Assembly: GCA_040954595.2 (NCBI GenBank)
Contig: CM082586.2
Location: 5,566,509-5,630,508, forward strand
DNA from: Balanoglossus misakiensis
Lineage: Eukaryota > Animalia > Hemichordata
Reading direction: 5' to 3'
DNA length: 64,000 bases
The notes beneath the pieces were generated by a model, which saw only the letters and a list, made by a program, of their open reading frames with translations, was not told where the DNA came from and did no database searches. Positions 13,040 to 24,854 of this stretch are shown here, piece after piece (position 1 is the first letter of the stretch; the number at the start of each line of letters is the position of its first letter). Both the position numbers and the translations under genes were made by a program.

Positions 13040-15743
13040 CTTTAGTGTATTTATTATCTAATTCCAAAAGTGCCGTGAAATTCTGTAAAGAATTGGGATG
13101 ATATAATTGATTAAAATGGGTGACGAATCGCTGGAATCGAGTCCGGAGACGTCAGTATTCAGACGCAGACGACATAATTGGATGATAGATAGTATACCTT
13201 AGTAGCATAGACATACCACTGTGGTGCGTCCATGCTAGTACGCAGGTGGGAACGCTTTTATATGGGACAGCACGAAAAGAAATAACACCGCAAGCTTACA
13301 TGTATATAACACAATTTAAAGCGAGACTGGTGAAATGCTGAATATGCATGCTCTCAATGGACATGTGTTGCACGCAATTATACTGTTTAGAAGAATTTAC
13401 AAGGCATTCACCGCATATAGTTTCTGATTGTGTATTTCCACATCAACAATATTAGCAACATATCGGTATATAGTCTCTCCGCCATACCAAACCACAAACT
13501 GAAATTGATCGACATATGTTTATGTGTTCATACGTAGACCCTGGAGAAATAGGTCCTTATACCCCAGGGTCTATGGTTTATGTCAACGTGGCAGATTGGA
13601 CGGTTCACAATACGGTTCACCGAGGATGCCTTCAAGTTGGTACACGATCACATGGAGTTCAGTCCAGCTATGATGATTACCCTACACGAATAGACAGTGT
13701 CTGACTATGGCTGCGTCGCCTCCTGTTCCTCGGCCCATCGAGTAAGCACGTTCCTACAACTCAGTCTGACACGCACACTCGCCATTATTGCATGTAAATG
13801 TTCGGCTACATATGGCAACAGTCCCTCTATATGTAGAGGGCCTATGTTATGACGTGTACTCACAAGTATCGTGTTCGTCTACTGTCCATGCGTCAACGAA
13901 ATGGATGCTTGTGCGGCTCGGCAATTTGCACGTTATACAAAAATGTACTAGTCGTCACTGTCATCGAGATATCTCAATGTTGAAAGCCGAGCGTGACGTG
14001 ACAGAAGTAAATTACATGTACATGTACATGTTAAACCAAGGTCGCATCACACATTGACCATCCATGGGCTGGCTAAACAACACAGACCTCATGCATAATG
14101 CACGCAGGCTATAGTGCAATCGTACTCTCCACCATGAATTTTGATTAGTGTATGTAGGCCTATGTGTATGGGCGTCCCGACCCCTTGATGTACAAAGTCT
14201 AACGATCTAAAACCGTAACACTCACCGAGGTACAGTCAATATGGGCAGACGCAGACCACACAAATCAAGAACTGTCTTGCCACACAGCGACCGTGGTTTG
14301 CCGTCGCAGCGTTGACTTCACTCTCTCAAGGTCAAACTGCGAGGCGATGTTATTTGTTGTCTGATAACATGCATTTGAATGAATTACTGTAAGGGTCTTT
14401 ATAAAAACGATTCTGTATATAGTACGCCCTCAATTCAGAGCGCCATTCTCTGCTCAGGAAGTCGATTCAAAGTCCAAACGCTGGTACAATGCACACGCAT
14501 TTGCAGCACTTGCACATAAGCGGAAATACGCCATCGTTATAGCGCTTGCTAAGCATTTAACACTTCCGTGTAAATAAATGCATGTTTGCCAAGCATTTTT
14601 CATCACGTTATATACTGCCCGCTATGTGAAGTAGTAACACTCAGTATATAGAGTGTTCTTACTTGTCTCCATCTCTTATTCTCCCCAGTGTTTACGTTGG
14701 CAGAAGCAATAATGAGAGGTATTTAAAATTTCTCAAATGCTCTGTTCAACCATACAGAATAGAGAAATCGGACTGATCTGGTTGTATGCTGTTGTTGTTG
14801 TTGTGTAATGGGACACAAAAAGAGTACATGTCATTTTTGTTGTTTCACTCAGACTATTGAAAATCGTTAAAGAACACTGCGATTTAATACATGAAGCCCC
14901 CAAAGGTTACTTTTTGCATATAAAGAAAGAAGCAGTGAGGTTGTCGCTGCTTTACTCACGTTCACGGAACCAGGGTTTCAACGTACAGGGAAAAAATGAA
15001 CCACCCCATTTGAAAGTGCTTCTACATCAGAACCACAGTATAATTTCAACTAAAGCTTTCTCGCTTGCAGAAGAAAACACACACACACACAAACGGTATT
15101 AATATTCGCTAACGTTTTGATTGCGAGCGTGGAAAATGCGATGTGCACCAGGAAGATTAGCTTTCAATGGTGATCTCTTGTTTGCTTGCGCTATCATTTA
15201 CCACGATTTTTTGATACAAAGAAGAAAACGTCGCGAAAATATAGTATGCATTAGCGGCACATCCTTTAAGCCATTTTTATTATACTAAAATGTTTTACCT
15301 CGCGATCTTTGTGTTTGCAGCAGTAGCCAGGGGGCATATTTGCTAGATCAGCTCATCACGTGACGCGTAATAGCACGCGTTTCCCCCCGCGGTCGACAGC
15401 TTATCTATGTGGGTAAAGATACTGTAGGTCTTGGCTAAGATATTAAGTCGGGATCTTTCCAGCTTGGACGATGTACAAAAAAAAAACGTGCAAGTTCGAA
15501 GCCAAGCTTTAACTGCGTGTGATATTTTGCTGCTTTTGCTCTTCCTAACAAGTAGTCATGCGTCGGTCACGTGTTGTTAACCAATGAACCGAAAGTGGTC
15601 TTCTTGTAATTGTTCTATCTATCTAGAGGTCAAATGTCGACGTCTCTTCCAGATGTTCAGTCAGAAACACTAGTGCAATTTTACGGTAGAACCAGGTGCA
15701 ACGTCCCCGGCCACGTGTTAGGTCATCCACATACTGCGCAGGT

Positions 15744-16832
15744 TCAAATGTTTACTTCAGGGAGAAAGTCAACAAGGGTTATTTCACTCTGGAAATTGGA
15801 CGTCGCAGGAAACCGATGTGATGACCGGCCGACGACAAGATTTGTTCCCGAGGAAGAGACCGCTGCTGTCACGGCGGCCTGAGGCAGCGTCTTGGATTTC
15901 TTTTTGAACAGGTGTTTCTTGAAAGACGTTGACATCAAAGCGTATATGAACGGGTTCATCAGACTGCCCATGTACATGATTGATATGGTAAGGTTAAACT
16001 GCAGTGGTTTCACGGGGACGTGGTCGTTTAGTGTCATCGCTAAGAAGTATAGGGTGCCTGGTAGGTAGGTTACCAAAAAGCTCAGAACTAACGTGATAGA
16101 CACCCTTATGGTTGCAATGTCCATTTTATTGAGGTGGTTGGCCCCGTGCAGCCATGGCAACACTTCTTGACGATGGCGTTGTATGGTCCGGTAAATCGAC
16201 AGGTAGGAAGCCAACAGCAGTGCCAGGCAGGTAATGAAAATCGCAGCCCCAACGTAGGTCGATTTCACCGCGGAATCTGATGGACTCTCTTCCATGAAGC
16301 AGGTCAGGTCAGGGGCAAACACAGCTTTGACCGCTCCGTACATGATTCCAACCGTATAGCTAACAGAGATGCAGAAAACGACCGTTTTCTTCACACTTTC
16401 CAACGAGATGTGTCCACGGATTCCCAATGCGCGGGTGACGCTCAGAGTCGCCATAGTGATCATAGAGATGAAAACTGATGAAAACATAAAAAAGACTTGA
16501 ACTTTACACAGATGTATGTTGAAGACCTTGGAGAAATCTTCCACGGCTTCCTTGTCGAAAATCAAAATCTTCACACTTGAATAGAGTCGGATAGACGCCG
16601 AAAACAAACAGACCATCATGTCGGCCACGGCGAGCGTCACAAGTTGGATGTTGGACGCAGTTCTCATCTTCTTGTTTCTCAGGATGACAACACAAACAAG
16701 ACAGTTGCCAAAGAGACCACCGACAATGACGACAACCAGCAAGGCGGCGGCGGTGACCATGCAGGCCCGTTCGGAAGGCGACATCGTCGCTGCCGACGAC
16801 ACGTTGGCGGCGGTGAAGTTTTGCCCGTCCAT
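15744..16832 (-). CDS. Orphan class A (rhodopsin-like) GPCR, intronless CDS
   Basis: Seven hydrophobic segments; GN in TM1, LAVAD in TM2, TM3 Cys and ECL2 Cys, YLP in TM6, NPFIY in TM7, helix-8 F; N-glycosylation sequons NFT and NVS. First ATG at 16832. Confidence 0.92.
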   Translation of the reverse strand: MDGQNFTAANVSSAATMSPSERACMVTAAALLVVVIVGGLFGNCLVCVVILRNKKMRTASNIQLVTLAVADMMVCLFSASIRLYSSVKILIFDKEAVEDFSKVFNIHLCKVQVFFMFSSVFISMITMATLSVTRALGIRGHISLESVKKTVVFCISVSYTVGIMYGAVKAVFAPDLTCFMEESPSDSAVKSTYVGAAIFITCLALLLASYLSIYRTIQRHRQEVLPWLHGANHLNKMDIATIRVSITLVLSFLVTYLPGTLYFLAMTLNDHVPVKPLQFNLTISIMYMGSLMNPFIYALMSTSFKKHLFKKKSKTLPQAAVTAAVSSSGTNLVVGRSSHRFPATSNFQSEITLVDFLPEVNI

Positions 16833-18218
16833 CACTGCAAGTGGTTAAGTGAAAATCTAATGTGCGGCTCATACATCTATATACCCGATGTCTTCATCGC
16901 TACACGTGACATCCTCAAAGCATTTACATTTGTATAAGCATATTTCGATAATGCCACAGAAATACAGGCGGAAGAATATATGTCACTGTTAACGAACCGT
17001 GTTTTTTTGCTTCTATTGGAGTAACAGGTGGGCTTGGCACACATCCGCTTGTATCACCAGTAACCACCAAAGGCAACCGTTGAGTGGGAAGAACGTACAC
17101 CTGTGCCAGAAGAAAACCATTCTACGATTTCCTTTTAATAAGGTCAAATATCGAGATGAAAAGAGTTAAAATGCGGAAAGGGGTAATCGAAATAGGGGTA
17201 AAAAATACACGAGGAAAGCCTAATTGTAAACACAATTCGGGAAAAATTAGTACACAGCTCGTAATCGTCCATGTTGTCCGTGACATACATGAATATAGAG
17301 ACTACGTTTAATATATTCAACTTTATATATTTTAATTTTAACCGCAATTATAGTGAAAGATACGAGACAGTCTTAAGAACTCTCTCGAAAGGGAACTCAG
17401 GCAAAATCATAAATCGCACTGGTAGGATAAAAACATACAGTTCCGTCACAAGCTCCAGGCTACCTTGTTCAGGATGTCTCCGCGACAGAATCTCTCGATT
17501 GGCTGCGAATTATTGCATTACCTCATCTCCCCGGGAGGTTACCGTTACCGTGACGACCACATTTCTATTGACAAAAGGTATTATATTACGATTCTATACT
17601 GTCGTTACCACCTCTTGAGGTGAGCATAGGTAAAATGGGGGTAGGCGGGCTGTATTTCCAAGCGCAAATTTTGCCCTTTGCTTGGATGTAATCGAACATG
17701 CATGCCGCACCGGTAACTTTGCGCACTGGTGAGCGAAATCCGACGTCTTTTCCGCAATCACGAAGGAACATTTTCACGATTTGGTCACACGCATTTCACG
17801 CATGCATGCTGGTATACCAAGCTTACTCTTGTAGATTTGCATCATGATGAGCGATTCCGGCAGAAACGACCGAAACTCACCACAGCAAGCGGCCAGAAAT
17901 TAAAATGAGTATGAACCCCTTTTGCATAGTTTCCCATAGCGTCGACAACAATGGTTCTGACGCAATTATGTCCGAATAATTTTGTTTTATGCTGTTCGCC
18001 GGAAGAGCAACTATTCTTTCAGTTGTAAGTCTTGACTTTTTAAAAAACTTTCGGTCCGACAAAAACTGCTCGAATTCTTTGTTTCATTATGGAATGAATA
18101 CCTCTCAATACAGGGAACGGTATTTTGCGTTTAGCCATAAACGAAAAAAATGGTTCTGGTCTTGACAGTGCCCTCAACGTGTTCTTCCACCATCAAGAAT
18201 GTGTTCAAAAGTGCAGTG

Positions 18219-18289
18219 TGGTTCCCTGATCCGTATTTCCCGGTAGAGGGCGCGCCGTCTACAGGGGAATACGGATCAGCAGGGAACCA
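18219..18289. repeat. Imperfect 71-bp palindrome (small hairpin/MITE)
   Basis: TGGTTCCCTGATCCGTATTTCCCGGTAGAG pairs with TCTACAGGGGAATACGGATCAGCAGGGAACCA around a GGCGCGCC centre. Confidence 0.8.
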
Positions 18290-18767
18290 GACAATTCACT
18301 ACTGCTGTCGCTTTGCTGGAGAGTTCATAGTGCAGTTCGAAAAAATGCATATACGCGGGCATTGTGACAAGTGCAAGTATATTCAACAATACCATTCTTC
18401 TTCCCCAGTGGAAAAATATATATTCATTTATATACAATATGTATATAGAAAATAATAGCGTCAAAATCAAATACATAAGAATTATAATAATAATGTACTT
18501 CACTAACACACAGCGTAAATTGACCTTGACTTGAACTCTCTGTGAACCTACCATTGACGAGGCCATGGAAGGATATTCAGTTTAACCATGTTGTTCTTGA
18601 TATCGAAATATAACCTTAAAGTGTTGGTTGTATGCATCCTTTCATGTATACGTGTATGCGAACAGTTTGTGGTTGCCAGATATTGTTTGACTTTGAATGT
18701 CTCCCTATTTTTTATGTGTGTGTATGTTCTTGCGATTATCTGTCTGTGCGTACGTATGGGTGGTTCA

Positions 18768-18835
18768 GTGAATGAGTGAGTGAGTGAGTGAGTGAACGAG
18801 TGAGGGAGTGAGTGAGTGAGGGAGTGTATGAATGA
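18768..18835. repeat. (GAGT)n microsatellite
   Basis: Degenerate GTGA repeats. Confidence 0.8.
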
Positions 18836-19749
18836 CATAGTTTGATTTTACGCGGATTAATTATGTTACTGCCACACAACAGCCTCGGCCAAGGTTTATT
18901 GATTGATTGAATCAATAAACGTATTGTCCGTCGAATTTACATTCTACAAAACATAAACAACACGCAGTGATATAAATCAGACATGTTTATTACAATATAT
19001 CATGAACTGTTAAAACGTAAAATGGACTGAGTCCTGTTACAGCACGTACGTACTTCAAAAGGTAAATAACCCGTGTGCTGTAAAATGTAAATACAAAACA
19101 TATTGCAGGGTCCAATGACCTCTTACACTAACAGTCACGTGACAACACAATAAAGCAACACAACACGTGGCACGTGTTTTTTGTTGTTGAAACAGGTTAC
19201 TTGAAATTGTTTACCACAAGACCGTTTGACGACGTCAAATATCCTGTAGAGATCACATGATTGTCATGCCAACTGGCAGTCCGTCGCCGTAAACCACGAG
19301 CCTAATTTATTTAGGGCGAAAGATATAGACGGCGTGCTTGTTGCGTAGAACGGAGGAGCGAAAAAAAGACTCGCTGGCCCGCCAAAAAATTTGGCAGTCA
19401 TCTTGTTTAAATATCATCTGCAAAAAGTTATGAATTATAGTCTGAAAGCATGTCCTGCTGGCGAACGACGAAGAAGGATTACCATAACGAATACATGTCA
19501 GAGTTGAAACGTTGCTGTTTGGTCAAATAGAATCTAAATACAGTACATATAAGAAAATATTCCCGCGGCAGAAACCAAGTATTAAACACGGCGAGTGCTT
19601 CCTGGTGGACATCGATAGTTCAGCCAATTGTTCCCCGACATCCTGCACTCGCTACGATGCCACTGAGATTGGTCAGCGCAAGTGGGTTCAGAGCGTGTTC
19701 AGAGAATATGCAGACATCTTCCGGTGGGAAATCTCGGCGACGCAGGAAG

Positions 19750-20487
19750 TCAACAGAAAATACACATGGTGTCCGCAACGTCAACGCTCAACTGCTGGTT
19801 GTCGCACAGTCCCTGCTTGTAGAGCTTCAAAATGTTCGTCGGCTGATGTCTGCTTTGTGAGTGCGACTGGTGAATCTGCTGTAGTTTCTTGTGCCTGCAT
19901 CTCAGTTGTTTAAAGGCCTTGGTTTTGTGCACGTGACCAAAGTTGCTCTCAACATACTTGTACACCGCGTCTTCGAGTCTTTTGGACTCGAACGTGACCG
20001 CAATTTCTAAGACAGCGGCCCAGTTTTCCTTGGTGATACACCTACTCAAAGCGTCCAGGAAGGACGTGGTTATCTGAAGGAAGTCGGCAGCCAGGAGAAA
20101 TTCCAGAACTCCACTCTCGGCGCAAGAGAAAGTCCTTTTGTACACAAATTCCACAAACGTGGTGAACGCGTTGGACGTTGGTGTGCGGCCGCAAAACTCG
20201 ATTTCTTTTGTTTCGTCCTCGTTGTAGCCCTCGAAAGAAAACAGGGCTTTGAAGTATTCGCCGTATTGGCAGAGTAAATTCCTGTGTACCTTGTAGCAGA
20301 CATCGCCGACGTAAATCCACGTGTCTGGCGAAACTGTTTGTCCGTCCTCCGAATGGGAATAACGCTTGGTAGTGAACTGTCTGCCCAGGATCGGGCTACG
20401 CGCATCATCCACGTCGTGGAGATCGGAACCCGGGCTCCATTTCTGCGATCTCCTCTTCAACAGCTGTCTTAGTTTCTCCTTCGACAT
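19750..20487 (-). CDS. BTB/POZ-domain protein with the start of a BACK domain, no Kelch repeats (245 aa, single exon)
   Basis: DTWIYVG...YKVHRNLLCQYGEYFKALF...FTTFVEFVY...LLAADFLQI, followed by ITKENWAAVLEIA...L...VYKYVESNF. Confidence 0.85.
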   Translation of the reverse strand: MSKEKLRQLLKRRSQKWSPGSDLHDVDDARSPILGRQFTTKRYSHSEDGQTVSPDTWIYVGDVCYKVHRNLLCQYGEYFKALFSFEGYNEDETKEIEFCGRTPTSNAFTTFVEFVYKRTFSCAESGVLEFLLAADFLQITTSFLDALSRCITKENWAAVLEIAVTFESKRLEDAVYKYVESNFGHVHKTKAFKQLRCRHKKLQQIHQSHSQSRHQPTNILKLYKQGLCDNQQLSVDVADTMCIFC

Positions 20488-23400
20488 GTTTTTTTAAAAA
20501 AATTCCCAGCCTCTATTTGTCGCTTTGTAATCCACAGAACTGTTATAGCGCGGCTGTGAACTTGAATCCGAACGGTCGACGAGTTTATATATACCTCGTT
20601 GTCAGCATCAGCCTCACCGGTGAGATGAATAATCGCGCGTGTATGCGTCGGCTTTGTTTATGTGCCCTTAAATATCCTTTTGCCCAAGGTCGGCGTATGC
20701 AAACGAGGCTGGCACCCCCGTGTCAAGGCTGGCTTCCGCTCGCGCTCGATACTGACTGACAGTGAGAGTTCAGGGCCCTCGTCAAGGAAGGTTTAATCAG
20801 CGGCACACAGCGCCGTCTTCCAGGGGGGCCGGGGTCCACAACTGCCGTGACTAATCAAGGAATCATCAAACCGCACAAATTATTGAATCAGGTTGAATGT
20901 ATTTCGCACGGAGCTTCGCACAGTCCTTCCATTACATATGGACTGCGGTGGTACGGATTTGAAGCTTTTAGTTTTTACTTGCGCCGAAGGTTAAGGTTTC
21001 GGAGTCGTACTGCGCTTTGACCATGGCCTTTGAGAGAAATCGAAGTAGGTTAAAGATACAAATGGGAATGCGATATCCTAACATCAATGATCCTTCCTTC
21101 AAAACGTGTCAACACGTCTACTGGGTGACGCATGGCTGGATGGTGACCGATATCAAAGACCAACCGTAAAACTTACAGACAGACGCAATATCACATTTCA
21201 AATCCTGTCTCTCTTTAAGCTTACAAGGAAGCTTGTTTATACGACCATGGTGCCGGTATTTTTGGTATTCTTTCTTTGATGTGTTTTAGAAATTGCCCGT
21301 ATTTACTTTCAGAAGTGTATTATTATAATACTTTAAACTATCTATATTATTTATCCTGTGGCGATTTTGTTAGCCAAAAACCTACAGAATCTTGATTTAC
21401 GCTTTTGACCACTGTGCATTTTATGATTTAGACAACTGGGGACAAAACAGGACATTTACAATACTTGACAATTGATTGCCTTTCCTGTTATTAGGGGAAG
21501 TTCTAGTCTGGGAAGGGATTCTGTGCCGTGTTGATATGTCAATGACATTCGGAGTCGTCGTGAGAGTGATCATTGGTCTATTTGAGAGAGGGGCGGAGAG
21601 AGAGAGCGAGGGAGGGGAGAGAGAGGGGATAAAGAGAGGGAGGGAGAGATGGAAAGAAGGACACACAGAGTGGCTGACCTACATATAACTCACGTCACAG
21701 TCTACTACGTCATAATGTATTCGACCACACTTGATGGACGTACAGTTGAATGGGAAGTATTTCGATGTATTATTTATAAAATCAGATTTATGGACACAAA
21801 TATTTTTGATGTCGGATTCAGGAGATTCACCCTTTACATTAGGACAATAACATCGAATGATCAATGTTCAGGTTTATGAAAACATTAAAAGACGCCGGAA
21901 ACATAATCTTCAGTACGTAGAAAGTATACCTCATTTTGGAAAACACGACAATAAATAAAACACCATTTGTTTGTGTCGAGTTCCTGGCTATTTTTGTTCA
22001 CCGCGTCACATTCTTGAACTCTAATACGCTATCCGCGATACCTTTACTGCCAACGAAATCGATTCCATCACTGTCCTGTTGATCTTGAGAGGGTGGGGGG
22101 GGGGGGGGTTTCACCTTGTGTCACGTGTAATCAATGAAATCGATGAACGTCGCGACAACGCAGTATACTTCAAATAGAAACACGCCGCGCCGACCCTACA
22201 GCGGCGATATTCAATCTGAAAGACAAACCGCCGGAGTTCCTTATTAGAAACTGACCTAATTTCGGGCTGTTTCTTTTTCAAAACAACAGTTACTGTAGTA
22301 TCCTGTTTTCGAGCTGAGGGAAGAAAATGTCGCTCGGAGATGCCAAATGATTGTTTGTCGCAACCAGTGTTGACCTCACAGGGTAAACAACTACTCCAAA
22401 AGTGCCCGACTACAAACACACAGTTGCGTACGGTAAACAAGGCATGGACATTCAACCGTGTGCCAAAACAAATATGCGGTACAGTGCCGTTTCTATGTCC
22501 CGGTGAAATGGCAGCGATTTGGCGGTATGCCAACGACTCTGTCTGCGGTTATTTACGCCACATATCCGTTGATGATATTTAACCGAAGTCCAGCTGCCTG
22601 CGTCAGTCTGGGAATCTAACAGCATGAACACCGACATCGATTTTTGTCCCTTCTCCGTTTCACTAGGTTATTGAAGTCAATAACACTACGTAGTCATGTT
22701 TTCGAAAAGCGTTTTCAATGCCGCTTTAGCAAAGGGAAAACACCAGTTAGTACCAACAGATATTACCGTGTGGGAATTGGTTCGCGCTTGCAGACAACTG
22801 GAAAATGTGTAATTACACCCAGTGAAAAACGGAAATGGGTTTTCTAACGGTAAAAGTTTCATAGCTTCGGGAATTAATACTACTGAAGTCGAAGTCTAGG
22901 CGTATTTGTGAATGACAAAAACACAAGCAGAAAGCTTGAAGCCAAGTTCCTATTGCATGCATGACTGCTTGTGCTGATATTATGACTATTCTCACGGTCA
23001 CAACCGAACAACTTGTGATAAAAGCGCCGAGCCGTGATGATTCATAACATCTCATCATTTTATGACTAATAGACTAAGTTACAGTTGGAATACTATATGC
23101 TGCATACACCAATGCGATTCCCACCATTTCCGCTTTTATAGCCACTCAAATTTATGTCATGTCATGGGACAGTATTGTGAATAGATCGTTGGCGCGAAAG
23201 TCAGCGTTTTCGAACATTAAACAAGGTATATCACTAGACATAAATTTCAGAAAGAGTCGGCGCTATCTGTAGTTTTATCATCCTCCGCTGCGCGACAAAT
23301 TAAGTCCCATCATTCGCTTGAAACGACAATCAACTTAAGGGTTACACAAAGGCGGAAGTAGACGGTAAGCTATTGTCTGGGTTAATGAAATATTTATCAT

Positions 23401-24854
23401 GTAAATTATTATTAAGCTACCACACATTTTATAGGTCGCTGCCGCACCTGCCTGGAGCTATGTAAGACCTTCAGGCATTTATAGCAATACCATGAATACT
23501 ATAAAAAAAACCTTGGAACTCAGTGTTTCAGGAGTATCTTTAAATACAGACAAAGGGCGAGGAATTTAACAAACAATCCAAAGGAATATATTAATATTTC
23601 AATTTCCAGCAGTACGCTGATCATACGATTTAGATATAAACGCCTTCAACGCATATTTACCGACCCTGTACAATCATTTCAATTTGACCCCCATAAAGTG
23701 GGATCGAGTACTGTTTTATCATCAGCAAGTATATGGTCAGTAATATGGATGAACATAACATAAAGTGATGATTGCAACTGGGTTAACTAAACCGGGACAC
23801 TATACACAGCTATTACCCAGCTTCATCGCTTTGAACCCACGGAGGTTTTCAATGTATGCCGTGGATTGGGTGAATGTGTGTGAAAATCCAATCACACCTG
23901 ACCACAGGCGATTCGAAATGCGAAAAGCGAAAACAACCTTGCCGACAGTCTTGGTGATTTCACTTGAAGGTCATTGTGCGCATGTGCCGTATAGCGATCG
24001 AGGCCAATACTAATTAGAGTCCTATTAATAGCGGCCACTTTATGCTGTACCCAATTCAAAGATTTGTCGATAAATAACGCCGACCTATTGACCCCCATCT
24101 CATAAAATACCGATTATGTGAAAGGTCGGACAAGTCGACACCGAGCATATTATAATTCCTCGACGTGTAAAAAACATTTGATTTAATGATATTTATTGAG
24201 CAGATTATATAGAACAAGGCGGGAGACGACCTCATAAAACCCGAGTGTTTCGTTAACTTTAATATCATGTCCTTGCAAGGTGATTTGAAAAAGTTCATGG
24301 ACAGCACATCATAAATTGCTGTGTGTCATAGGGGTTTAAATTGCATCACGAATTCAATTCCTGGTCACAATTGTATGTTTCATTCTTACTCATTTTGAAG
24401 AGGGCAGTCATGACACATTTGCATAGATGCAATGACGCACAAAACTGCGGCGCAAGCAGTTCAGCATTTCCATAATAAAACGGTCGTTTACTTTCATAAA
24501 ACTCGTAGAGTTGTTGTATCGAGTAGGAGTACTAGATTGTCTGTATAAACGAGACGAATACAATAGCAAGGTCATTTAATTTCATGGACAGCGACGGTCT
24601 CAAAAACATGGAACGAAAGCAATTCGTAAGCGGACACAAGGGGCGCTGCTTATTTCAGATGAAACCGTAAATGATTGTCTGAATGTAACAGTCTCTAGAA
24701 GTATTATCTATTCTAATGATCTTATTTTCCGTAAAAAAAATATTTTTTTAATCTAACGCATATTTTTAATCCCAGGCCACAAGATCCCATGTAAGAACGA
24801 GACAATAAAATATTCTACTCTGAGTTCCAGGCTTCAATGTAGTAAAAATAATAC

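Noticed and set aside
13535-13573. Short inverted repeat TAGACCCTGG...CCAGGGTCTA
   Set aside because: Only 10-bp arms; too short to support a functional or transposon call.
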